The notes under the pieces are model-generated. The model was given only the letters and a program-made list of their open reading frames with translations. It had not been told where the DNA came from and ran no database searches. The translations under genes were made by a program, and so were the position numbers. Positions 9,452 to 17,405 of a stretch of DNA of 64,000 bases are shown piece by piece. Where the stretch lies: NCBI GenBank assembly GCA_022703505.1, contig JAKLDN010000001.1, forward strand, positions 219,389 through 283,388, in the 5' to 3' direction. The DNA comes from Spirochaetota bacterium. Lineage in GTDB: Bacteria > Spirochaetota > Spirochaetia > Treponematales > UBA12059. The first letter of the stretch is position 1, and each line of letters opens with the position of its first letter.

Positions 9452-10603
9452 TCAATACGCCGTCTTCATCATGTCGAACACGTCGTCGGTGGACACGGTG
9501 CGGGGCAGGTGGTTGGTCATGTCCAGGGTGCGGGCGTGCTCCGCGGTCTCCACCAGGCGCTCCAGTTCCAGGTCGAAGTCCTTGAGGCGGCTGGGGATCT
9601 TGAGGAGCCCCAATCGGGTGCGCACGGACTCCACGGCCTTGACCGCGGACTCGGCGGTGGTAAGTTCGGACACGTCCTCTCCCAGGAGGGGGGCCAGGGC
9701 GGCCACCTTCTCCAGCCGGCTCTTGGAGGCCCATTCCAGCATGTAGGGCAGGACCACCGCGGCCAGGCTGGCCTTGGGCACCTGGAACCGGGCGTTCAGG
9801 GCCAGGACCACCGCGGTCCCCAGGCCCAGGGAGCTGGAGGCCAGGCCGGCCCCGGTCAGGAAGGAGGCCCGGAGGGCGTCCGCCCGGACCGCCGGATCGT
9901 CCGGCCGGGTCTGGAAGGCGTCCACGCAGGAGGCGGCCAGGGCCACCGCCCGCTCCAGGAGCACGTCGGAGTAGAAGTTGGCCCGGGCGGACACGAAGCC
10001 CTCGATGGCCTGGAGCAGGACGTCCAGCATGCAGGCCGCCGCGGCCTTGGGGAAGAGCCCCGTGGACATCGAGGGGTCGAGGATCACGGCCCGGGTCGTC
10101 CCGGGAGAGGCGGCCAGGACCCGGGCCCGCCGGCCCCGGGCGTCCGTCAGGGCGCACTCGTCGGTGAGTAGGAAGGGATCCCGGTAGGTGGTGGGTACGG
10201 AGATGTACGGAAGCGGGCGGCAGGTCGGGGGAGTTCCGTCGATCCAGTCGTCCAGGGAGGCCGTCCCTGCGGCCGAGGCGGCCACCGCCCGGGCCGCGGA
10301 CAGGACTCGGACCCCGCCCAGGCCCACGACCCCGTTGGCCCGGGCCCCCCGGGCCAGGCGGAGGATGTCCTCCGCGGAGGCGGTGGTGGCGCCGTCCGGG
10401 ATTTCGTCGAACAGGATGGCCTTGGAGCCCCGATCCTCCAGGAGGGCCAGGACCCGGTCCACCGCCCGGGCCTCGTGGAGCATGGGATCCGCGACCACCA
10501 GGACGCGGTCCGAGCCGTAGGACGCAAGCAGGCTGGGAAGCTTGAGTAGGGTGTCCGGCCCCATGTAGGTTTCCGCGGGGACACGGAATCGGAAGTCTGC
10601 CAT
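9452..10603 (-). CDS. iron-containing (group III) alcohol dehydrogenase family protein
   Basis: This 383-aa ORF has the family layout: VLVVADP, GLGGVRVLSAARAV, and a C-terminal helical domain. Confidence 0.75.
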   Translation of the reverse strand: MADFRFRVPAETYMGPDTLLKLPSLLASYGSDRVLVVADPMLHEARAVDRVLALLEDRGSKAILFDEIPDGATTASAEDILRLARGARANGVVGLGGVRVLSAARAVAASAAGTASLDDWIDGTPPTCRPLPYISVPTTYRDPFLLTDECALTDARGRRARVLAASPGTTRAVILDPSMSTGLFPKAAAACMLDVLLQAIEGFVSARANFYSDVLLERAVALAASCVDAFQTRPDDPAVRADALRASFLTGAGLASSSLGLGTAVVLALNARFQVPKASLAAVVLPYMLEWASKSRLEKVAALAPLLGEDVSELTTAESAVKAVESVRTRLGLLKIPSRLKDFDLELERLVETAEHARTLDMTNHLPRTVSTDDVFDMMKTAY

Positions 10604-10632
10604 CTCGCTCGCCTCCGGAGGGGCATGTACGT

Positions 10633-10660
10633 AAAAAAGGCGGAAGACTCGCTTCCGCCT
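10633..10660 (-). terminator. rho-independent terminator downstream of flgM
   Basis: The minus strand reads GGCGGAAG-CGAGT-CTTCCGCC followed by TTTTTT. Confidence 0.8.
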
Positions 10661-10684
10661 GTGTTTCTCGCCGTGAACCGGACC

Positions 10685-10966
10685 TTACAGGAGCTGGTCG
10701 AGTATCCGGTCCGCCGTCGCGGCCAGGAGGGTCTCGTCCAGGTAGGCGGGGTCGTCGATCTTGGCCTTGAGCTCCGCGATCCGGTCCGCACGGACGTCCG
10801 GCGCGGCCTTGACCATCTCGATGACGCGGAAGAGTTCCGCCTTCTCCATCGCCTCGGAGGATACGGCGATGGAATCGCCCTTGGAGCCCTTGTCCGCCCG
10901 ATGGGGGCCGTCGGACTTCCGGGGGTTCTGTATCGGGTCGATAGGATGTAGTCGGTCGATCGTCAT
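10685..10966 (-). CDS. flgM: anti-sigma-28 factor FlgM
   Basis: The 93-aa ORF has a C-terminal FlgM signature: VRADRIAELKAKIDDPAYLDETLLAATADRIL. Confidence 0.8.
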   Translation of the reverse strand: MTIDRLHPIDPIQNPRKSDGPHRADKGSKGDSIAVSSEAMEKAELFRVIEMVKAAPDVRADRIAELKAKIDDPAYLDETLLAATADRILDQLL

Positions 10967-11019
10967 CGGGAAACCCCTGCCTTTCTCATCATGAGTATCG
11001 GCATCGATCCACGAATAGT

Positions 11020-11700
11020 TTATGCGTTTTTACCGCCGTATACAAGTACCGAGAACTCCCCCTGCACCTTTTCCCGGGATTCCAGGGCCGAACAGACCTC
11101 CCCGGGCGTCCCGGCCATGTACTCCTCGAAGGCCTTGGTCATCTCCCGGCCGGCGAAGACCCGGCACTCCGGATCCAGGTCGGCCAGGTCCAAAAGGAGT
11201 TTCAGGATCCGGTGGGGGGACTCGTAGACCACGAAGGCCTCCCCCCGGGCCAGGAGCTCCGCCAGCCGGGAGCGCCGTCGGCCCGGCTTCGGGGAGAGGA
11301 AGCCCTCGAAGAGGACGGATTTCACGGGAAGCCCCGAGGCGGACAGGAGGCAGGCGAAGGCCGAGGGCCCCGGTACGGGGACTACGTCGTGCCCCCCCTC
11401 CCGGGCCAGGGCGGCCGCCCGGGCCCCGGGATCGCTCAGGGCGGGAGTCCCCGCGTCGGAGCAGTAGGCCACGTCCTTGCCGGAGTCCAGGAGCCCCAGG
11501 ATCCTGCGGGCCCCCTTCTCCTCCTCGTAGGCGTAGCACGCGACCAGGGGCTTGCGTATCCCGAAATGGGTCAGGAGCTTCAGGGTGTGGCGGGTGTCCT
11601 CGCAGGCCACGGTATCCACGGACTTGAGGACCTCCAGGGCCCGGAGGGTGATGTCCTGGAGGTTACCGATGGGGGTGGCCACCATGTACAGCGTCGCCAT
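11020..11700 (-). CDS. rsmI: 16S rRNA (cytidine1402-2'-O)-methyltransferase RsmI
   Basis: The start MATLYMVATPIGNLQDITLRALEVL is the tetrapyrrole-methylase-fold RsmI N-terminus. The ATG at 11700 is chosen because the track ORF extension translates the repeat array. Confidence 0.9.
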   Translation of the reverse strand: MATLYMVATPIGNLQDITLRALEVLKSVDTVACEDTRHTLKLLTHFGIRKPLVACYAYEEEKGARRILGLLDSGKDVAYCSDAGTPALSDPGARAAALAREGGHDVVPVPGPSAFACLLSASGLPVKSVLFEGFLSPKPGRRRSRLAELLARGEAFVVYESPHRILKLLLDLADLDPECRVFAGREMTKAFEEYMAGTPGEVCSALESREKVQGEFSVLVYGGKNA

Positions 11701-11723
11701 GGGGGGAGTATAGCGGTTGGAAA

Positions 11724-11828
11724 GGTGAATAGTGAATAGTGAATAGGTGAATAGAGGGGCCACCCATTCACCCATTCACCCATTCACCCATTCACCCATT
11801 CACCCATTTACCTATTCACCTATTCACC
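11724..11828. repeat. inverted GTGAAT hepta/octamer arrays (locus B) between divergent genes
   Basis: The left arm at 11724-11754 has 4 units of GTGAATAG. The loop is AGGGGC. The right arm at 11761-11828 has 8 units of CCCATTCA / CCTATTCA, the reverse complement motif. Confidence 0.95.
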
Positions 11829-11849
11829 TTCCACGATATACTTCCCCCG

Positions 11850-12248
11850 ATGGACATCCTCCTGCGCGCCACCATCTACATCTCGGTCGCCGTCATCCTG
11901 CTGTGGATGTTCCTGGGCCTCTTCGGCCCGTACCGGCGGCGCCGGACCCTCCTCAAGGCGGGGGACAAGGCCGCGACGGAGGACCTGCCCCGGACCTGCC
12001 CCCTCTGCGGCGAGGTCCTGTCGCCGGGGCAGAGGGTCAAGACCCGGGTGAACCCGGGCCAAGGGGACAAGCTCATGCAGATCTTCGGCTGTCCCCACTG
12101 CTACCCCCCCAACATTGAATGCAAGCGGATCTGTCCGGTCTGCGAGAAGGAAGTCCCCCGGCAGGGCTACGTGATCGCCCGGCTCTTCGAGCATCCCGGC
12201 CGCAAGCACGTCCACGTCCTGGGGTGCTCGGGCTGCCGGAACACGTGA
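11850..12248 (+). CDS. small membrane-anchored Cys-rich (4x CxxC) zinc-ribbon protein, function unknown
   Basis: The 132-aa ORF has an N-terminal TM segment (IYISVAVILLWMFLGLF) followed by CPLC, CPHC, CPVC and CSGC. Confidence 0.6.
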   Translation: MDILLRATIYISVAVILLWMFLGLFGPYRRRRTLLKAGDKAATEDLPRTCPLCGEVLSPGQRVKTRVNPGQGDKLMQIFGCPHCYPPNIECKRICPVCEKEVPRQGYVIARLFEHPGRKHVHVLGCSGCRNT

Positions 12249-12276
12249 AATCCGGAAGACGGACGAAGGCGATACT

Positions 12277-13515
12277 ATGAAGGGCAAGCAAGTACAGAGA
12301 CTCCTCTTCCTGGCGGTGTTCCTCTTCCTGTTCCTGTTCGTGGCGCGGCTGTTCTCCCCCTTCTTCAGCATCCTGCTCTGGGCGGGACTCCTGTACGTCA
12401 TAACCTTTCCCTTCTACGACCGGGCGACCCGCTCGATCCCCGACAAGCCCCTGGGACGCTTCGCGCGCAAGCTGCTGGCGGGAGGCTTCGCCCTGGGCTC
12501 CGTCCTGGCCGCGGTCATCCCCCTGGTTTTTCTGGGCTCCACGTTGCTGGGCCAGGCCCGGGAGCTCGTCCACTCGATCGACGAGTTCCTGGAACGGAAT
12601 CCGGACTTCTTCCGGACCCTGGACACGGGCGGCCTGGCCATGCGCCTGCGGGACACCTCCGGAGGCCTCATAGACCTGACCGGGATGGACCTGATGTCGG
12701 AACTGTCCGCGGCGGTCACCCGCGGTGCGGAGACCTTCCTGACCGTCTCGGCGACCCTCCTCCGGGACACCGCGGGGTTCGTCGTCTCCCTGGCCTTCCT
12801 GACCTTCACCCTCTACTTCTTCTACGTGGACGGCAAGGATCTGATCCGTACCTTCGTGAACGCCGTGCCCATCGAGAACGCCTACACCGCCGCCTTCCTG
12901 CGAAGGTTCGGGGAGGTCGGTAAACACCTCTTCCGGGGCTACCTGCTCGTGGCCCTCTACCAGGGAACCGCGGCCTTCCTCATATTCCTGCTCTTCGGCG
13001 TGAAGGGCCCCCTGCCCCTGGGGTTCTTGACGGCCATAGCCTCCTTCGTGCCCATGGTGGGGACCACCCTGGTCTGGGGACCCGTCGGGGTCGCGCGCAT
13101 CGTATCCGGGGATCCGACGGCCGGATTCGCCATCCTGATCCTCTCCTTCATCCTGGTTTCCGGGGTGGACAACCTTCTACGGCCCCTCCTGCTCACGGAG
13201 CGCATCAAGATCCACCCCCTGCTGGTCTTCTTCTCCATCATGGGGGGCCTCCAGCTCTTCGGTCTGAACGGCCTCATCCTGGGGCCCATGATGCTGATGC
13301 TCTTCTTCACCGGGGTGGACCTCTTCGAGCAGGCCTACGGGACCCGGAAGTCCGGGCGCGGCGGAGGGGAATCCGACACCGCGGGGTCCCCGGCGGGGGT
13401 CGACGGGGATGCGGATGCCGGGACGGGCCCGGACGCCGGGGAGGGGGAAACCGAGGCGGCCCCCGAGCCTCCCGGAGTCAACGGTCCAGGGCCTCCAGGT
13501 ACGAGTCCGCGATAG
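12277..13515 (+). CDS. AI-2E family transporter (PerM/UPF0118)
   Basis: The 412-aa polytopic membrane protein has the typical family layout. Its C-terminal tail is Gly/Pro/Asp-rich. Confidence 0.8.
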   Translation: MKGKQVQRLLFLAVFLFLFLFVARLFSPFFSILLWAGLLYVITFPFYDRATRSIPDKPLGRFARKLLAGGFALGSVLAAVIPLVFLGSTLLGQARELVHSIDEFLERNPDFFRTLDTGGLAMRLRDTSGGLIDLTGMDLMSELSAAVTRGAETFLTVSATLLRDTAGFVVSLAFLTFTLYFFYVDGKDLIRTFVNAVPIENAYTAAFLRRFGEVGKHLFRGYLLVALYQGTAAFLIFLLFGVKGPLPLGFLTAIASFVPMVGTTLVWGPVGVARIVSGDPTAGFAILILSFILVSGVDNLLRPLLLTERIKIHPLLVFFSIMGGLQLFGLNGLILGPMMLMLFFTGVDLFEQAYGTRKSGRGGGESDTAGSPAGVDGDADAGTGPDAGEGETEAAPEPPGVNGPGPPGTSPR

Positions 13516-14305
13516 GCCGGTCCCCCGCCGTGTAGCCCAGGCGCCGGTCCGGCCGGTTGGCGCCGTGGAAGTCGCTGCCCGCGGTCACCCGGAAGCCCAG
13601 GTCCCGGGCCATCTTCTCCAGGCGCTGGCAGTGCCCCGGCCGGGCGGTCGGGTGCCAGGCCTCGATCCCCGCGATCCCCAGCTCCTTCCATTCCAGGAAG
13701 AGGGACCCCAGGCGGGACCAGGACACGAAGAGGGACAGGGGATGGGCCACGATGGGCAGGCCCCCGGCCTCGTAGATCACCCGGACCGCCTCCTTCAGTT
13801 CCAGGCATTCCTTGGCCACGTAGAAGGGCCGGCCCTTGCCCAGGTACTTGTCGAAGGCGTCCTGCTTCTTACGGACCACCTTCCGGGCGATCAGGAAATC
13901 CGCGATGTGGGGCCGGCCGATCATGCCCCCCGCGGCGGCCTCCCGGAGTTCCCCGTAGTCTCCCTCGATCCCCGCGGCCCGCATCCGCTCGAAGATCCGC
14001 TCGTTGCGCTCATCCCGGGACCGGGCCAGGCGTCCCACCGCCTCCCGGATGGCCCCCTCGGTATCCCGGAGGTCCAGGCCCAGGAGGTGGAACTCCCCGG
14101 GTGAGAAGGCCACCTCGATCTCCACCCCCGGGATGAAGCGGAGGCCCCTCCGCAGGGCTTCCGCCCGGGCCTCCGCCAGGCCCGAGAGGGAGTCGTGGTC
14201 CGTGAGGGCCAGGGCCGTGAGCTTGCGGTCCGCGGCCAGATCTGCCAGGGCCTCGGGATCGTAGGTCCCGTCGGAGGCGGTGGAGTGGGTGTGCAGGTCG
14301 ATCAC
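13478..14305 (-). CDS. PHP-domain phosphoesterase (TrpH/YciV-like)
   Basis: The N-terminus VIDLHTHSTASDGTY is followed by ALTDHDS. The GTG start at 14305 has a GGGGAG 8 nt upstream and overlaps the upstream stop (GTGA). Confidence 0.8.
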   Translation of the reverse strand: MIDLHTHSTASDGTYDPEALADLAADRKLTALALTDHDSLSGLAEARAEALRRGLRFIPGVEIEVAFSPGEFHLLGLDLRDTEGAIREAVGRLARSRDERNERIFERMRAAGIEGDYGELREAAAGGMIGRPHIADFLIARKVVRKKQDAFDKYLGKGRPFYVAKECLELKEAVRVIYEAGGLPIVAHPLSLFVSWSRLGSLFLEWKELGIAGIEAWHPTARPGHCQRLEKMARDLGFRVTAGSDFHGANRPDRRLGYTAGDRPIADSYLEALDR

Positions 14306-15108
14306 CGTGAAAGCTCCCCGGTGCGGCCGAAGACCCGGACCGGAACCCCCGGGGCGCGGCGGGACACGAGGTCCGCGGCGGCCGAAAGATCGGCTTCCGG
14401 CAGGGGGGAGGTCCGGCCCTCCGGGGAGGGACGGGCCTGGGTATAGAGGTGGATCTCCAGGAACCGGGCCCCCCGGCCGAGGACGTCCTCCACCAGCCCG
14501 GCGTAGTCGGCGAGGTCCGCGTCCGAGGGTCCCCGGCCGTCCAGGGTGCAGAGCATGGTCTGGACGATCACGGCATGGGCCGAGGAAAAGGACAGGATCC
14601 CCTCCACGACATCCCGGAAGGGGACGCGGCTGCGGCTCATCCGGCCGTACCACTCCTCGTTCCCCCCGTCCAGCTTGGCCCAGATACGGAGGCCCGCCTC
14701 GTCCACGCAGCGCCCCAGGAGGGCCGCGGTTTCCGGATGCCCCAGGGTGGTGGAATTGGTGATCAACACCAGATCCGCCCCGGGAGCCCAGCGGTCCCGG
14801 GCGGTCCGGATCGAGGCCAGGGCGGATCCCAGGTGGGGCGACAGGGTGGGCTCCCCGCTCCCGCTCAGGGTGAGGTCCCGGAGGGGAAGGTCCGGGGGGA
14901 AGGAGGGGTAGTCCACCTCGAAGAACTCAGCGAGCTCCCTGTCGAGATCCTCCGGCCGGAAGGGGGGCTCCCCGGGAAACGGGAAAATCTCGCAGTAGGG
15001 ACAGTCGAAGTTGCAGGTCTTGCGGTCCGGAAAGAGATCCACCCCCAGGGACAGGCCCCCGGCTCGGCGGGAGACCACGGGGTAGATCAGCTCCAGGGGA
15101 GTGAACAT
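14302..15108 (-). CDS. radical SAM domain protein
   Basis: A CNFDCPYC (CxxxCxxC) cluster motif lies near the N-terminus, followed by GSGEPTL. Confidence 0.8.
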   Translation of the reverse strand: MFTPLELIYPVVSRRAGGLSLGVDLFPDRKTCNFDCPYCEIFPFPGEPPFRPEDLDRELAEFFEVDYPSFPPDLPLRDLTLSGSGEPTLSPHLGSALASIRTARDRWAPGADLVLITNSTTLGHPETAALLGRCVDEAGLRIWAKLDGGNEEWYGRMSRSRVPFRDVVEGILSFSSAHAVIVQTMLCTLDGRGPSDADLADYAGLVEDVLGRGARFLEIHLYTQARPSPEGRTSPLPEADLSAAADLVSRRAPGVPVRVFGRTGELSR

Positions 15109-15237
15109 GGATATAGACTAACTCCGTAGCCGGGGACGGAGCAAGGAGGAGGTCCGGAGGATCTTCACAAGCCTCGTACTGCCGGCGCGGGAGGTACCTC
15201 TTGACAGGTACGCCGCGAGTGTGTTTCTATGCAAAGT

Positions 15238-15321
15238 ATGATTACCCTGGGTACGGGAAACATCAATCGCCTCCATCATCACGGGCACCACGGGTCGCGG
15301 TCGCGGCACGGCGGGAGGTAG
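15238..15321 (+). CDS. hisL: his operon leader peptide (27 aa, MITLGTGNINRLHHHGHHGSRSRHGGR)
   Basis: This small ORF is not in the track. Six of its 27 codons are His, five of them in HHHGHH at 15274-15291. It lies directly upstream of two terminator hairpins and hisG. Confidence 0.6.
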   Translation: MITLGTGNINRLHHHGHHGSRSRHGGR

Positions 15322-15356
15322 GATCGTACCGAGAGGTGCATCGAACCGAACGACGG

Positions 15357-15389
15357 GGCGCCGACCGCGAGGTCGGCGCCTTTATTTTT
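15357..15389 (+). terminator. attenuator terminator T1
   Basis: GGCGCCGACC-GCGA-GGTCGGCGCC followed by TTTATTTTT. Confidence 0.75.
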
Positions 15390-15390
15390 A

Positions 15391-15429
15391 GGGGCGCCGG
15401 CCGTAGTGGACCGGCGCCCCCGTTTTTTT
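15391..15429 (+). terminator. attenuator terminator T2
   Basis: GGGGCGCCGG-(10-nt loop)-CCGGCGCCCC followed by CGTTTTTTT. It ends 18 nt before the hisG ATG. Confidence 0.75.
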
Positions 15430-15447
15430 CGACGCGAGAGGACGGAT

Positions 15448-16314
15448 ATGGACGAAGCGAAGGTCTTGAAGATCGCCCTGCCCAAGGGGCGCATGCAGGA
15501 AGGGGTGTTCCGCCTCCTTTCGGACGCGGGCCTGCCCATCAAGGGGGACGAGCGGGACTACCGGCCCCGCCTCCCCTCCCCGGACCTGGACGCCAAGATC
15601 CTGAAACCCCGGAACACCCTGGAGATGCTCCACGCGGGCACCCGGGACCTGGGATTCGCGGGCTCCGACTGGGTGGAAGAGCTGGGGGTCGAGCTGACGG
15701 ACATGCTGGACACGGGGCTGGACCCCGTGCGCCTGGTGGCCGCGGCCCCGGTGGCCATCCTGGAGGACGGCCGCCTGCCCCGCCGCCCCCTGGTGGTGGC
15801 CAGCGAGTACGAGAACATCGCCCGCCGCTGGATCGCCGGCCGGGACCTGGACGCCACATTCGTCCGTTCCTACGGGGCCACCGAGGTCTTCCCCCCGGAC
15901 GACGCGGACTGCATCGTGGACAACACCGCCACGGGCTCGACCCTCCGGGCCAACGGCCTCGAGATCGTGGACGAGCTCCTGCGGAGCTCGACCCGCCTCT
16001 ACGCCAACCCCCGGTCCCTGGAGGACCCCTGGAAGCGGGACACCATCGAGGCCATCGTCCTCCTTTTGCGGAGCGTCCTGACCGCCCGCAGCCGGGTCAT
16101 GCTGGAGCTGAACGTGGACACCTACAAGCTGGACTCGGTCATCGCCATCCTGCCCTGCATGCGGGAGCCTACGGTCTCCCCCCTCCGGGGTGGGGACGGG
16201 TACGCGGTCAAGGTGGCGGCGCCCCGGGACTCCCTGGCGGCCCTGATCCCGGAGATCCGGAGGCGGGGCGGGACGGACATCATCGTCACCCAGCCCATGA
16301 GGATCGTGCCGTGA
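15448..16314 (+). CDS. hisG: ATP phosphoribosyltransferase, long form with C-terminal regulatory domain
   Basis: The start MDEAKVLKIALPKGRM and the motifs DLGFAGSDWV and DNTATGSTLRANGL are present. The C-terminal HisG_C-like domain implies no HisZ is needed. Confidence 0.9.
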   Translation: MDEAKVLKIALPKGRMQEGVFRLLSDAGLPIKGDERDYRPRLPSPDLDAKILKPRNTLEMLHAGTRDLGFAGSDWVEELGVELTDMLDTGLDPVRLVAAAPVAILEDGRLPRRPLVVASEYENIARRWIAGRDLDATFVRSYGATEVFPPDDADCIVDNTATGSTLRANGLEIVDELLRSSTRLYANPRSLEDPWKRDTIEAIVLLLRSVLTARSRVMLELNVDTYKLDSVIAILPCMREPTVSPLRGGDGYAVKVAAPRDSLAALIPEIRRRGGTDIIVTQPMRIVP

Positions 16315-17405
16315 ATACCGCGGACGAGCGGGACGGGTACCGGGCCCAGGAACGGCCGGTCGTAGGCTACGTCCCTCCCGCCCGGGACCCCCGGATCCGG
16401 TGGTTCCTGGACGCCAACGAGGGCCGCCCCTCCCGGGCCGCCCTGGCCGCCCTGGCGGGAGCGGCGACGATGGAAACCTCCCGCCGCTACCCCCGCACCG
16501 CGGAACTGGAGGCGGTCATAGCGGCCCGGCCCAAGGCGGGGTACGAGCCCCTTTCCCCCTCCCGGGTCCTGGTGACCGCGGGAGGGGACGATGCCATCGC
16601 CCGGGCCTGCCGGGTCTTCCTCAAGCCCGGGGACACCCTGGTGGTCTTCGAACCGGCCTTCGAAATGTACTCCATCGGCGCCCGCCTTTCGGGCGCCCGG
16701 ACCGTCGGGGTGCCCTGGCCCCCGGGGGAGCCCTTCCCCCTGGAAGCCGCGATCGAGACGGCCCGATCCTGCCGGGCCGCCGCTGTGGCCCTGGTCAATC
16801 CCGCCAACCCCGCGGGGGGACTGGCCTCCCCGGAGGTAACAGAGGAGCTGATGGACGCCCTCCCGGATACGAGCGTCTGGGTGGACGGGGCCTACGCGGA
16901 CTTCTCGCGGACCGATTCCCTGGCCGCGGCCCTGTCCCGGCCCAACGGCCTGGCCCTGCGGTCCTTCTCCAAGACCTACGGACTCGCGGGCCTGCGGGTG
17001 GGCTGGGCCGCGGGCACTCCGGAGACCATCGCGGCCCTGCGCGCCGCGGGGGATCCCTTTCCCGTGGCGGGCCCCTCCCTGGCCGCGGCCCTGGCCGCCC
17101 GGAGCCCCGAGGGGGAGGCGGAGACTTCCCGCATCGTGACCCGGCTGGTCCGGGAACGGGAGACCCTGTACCGCCTGCTCGGGGACCTCGGTGCCCGGCC
17201 CTATCCGTCGGAGACGAACTTCGTCCTGGCCCGGGTGAAGGATCCCTCGGGCCTCAAGGAAGCCCTGGCCTCTCGGGGCGTCGCCATCCGGGCCTATCCG
17301 GGGCGTCCGGGCCTCGAGGCGATGATCCGCATCAGCGGCCCCGCGGACCGGGAGGGCTTCGGAGTCCTGGCCCGGGCCCTGCGGGAATCGAAGGAGTACC
17401 TATGA
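16311..17405 (+). CDS. hisC: histidinol-phosphate aminotransferase
   Basis: The GTG start overlaps the hisG stop (GTGA). The PLP-lysine motif RSFSKTYGLAGLRVGW and NPANPAG are present. Confidence 0.85.
   Translation: MNTADERDGYRAQERPVVGYVPPARDPRIRWFLDANEGRPSRAALAALAGAATMETSRRYPRTAELEAVIAARPKAGYEPLSPSRVLVTAGGDDAIARACRVFLKPGDTLVVFEPAFEMYSIGARLSGARTVGVPWPPGEPFPLEAAIETARSCRAAAVALVNPANPAGGLASPEVTEELMDALPDTSVWVDGAYADFSRTDSLAAALSRPNGLALRSFSKTYGLAGLRVGWAAGTPETIAALRAAGDPFPVAGPSLAAALAARSPEGEAETSRIVTRLVRERETLYRLLGDLGARPYPSETNFVLARVKDPSGLKEALASRGVAIRAYPGRPGLEAMIRISGPADREGFGVLARALRESKEYL

Noticed and set aside
11747-12118. Track ORFs that translate the repeat arrays, such as PIHPFTHSPIHPFTYSPIHL and the N-terminal extensions of rsmI (11020..11775) and of 45880..46581.
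   Set aside because: The periodic peptide is simply the octamer repeat read in frame. The real genes start downstream, at ATGs with promoter or SD context.
13478-14305. The PHP-domain protein as the missing histidinol-phosphate phosphatase of the neighbouring his operon.
   Set aside because: The N-terminal motif IDLHTHSTASDG and the overall layout match TrpH/YciV-type PHP proteins rather than HisK/HisJ-type phosphatases. The gene is on the opposite strand and is coupled to a radical SAM gene. This cannot be excluded without a profile search or an assay.
15109-15447. A T-box riboswitch or other riboswitch upstream of hisG.
   Set aside because: I could not find the conserved T-box sequence (..GGGUGGUACCGCG..) or a specifier-loop layout. 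The His-codon leader ORF with competing hairpins explains the region better.
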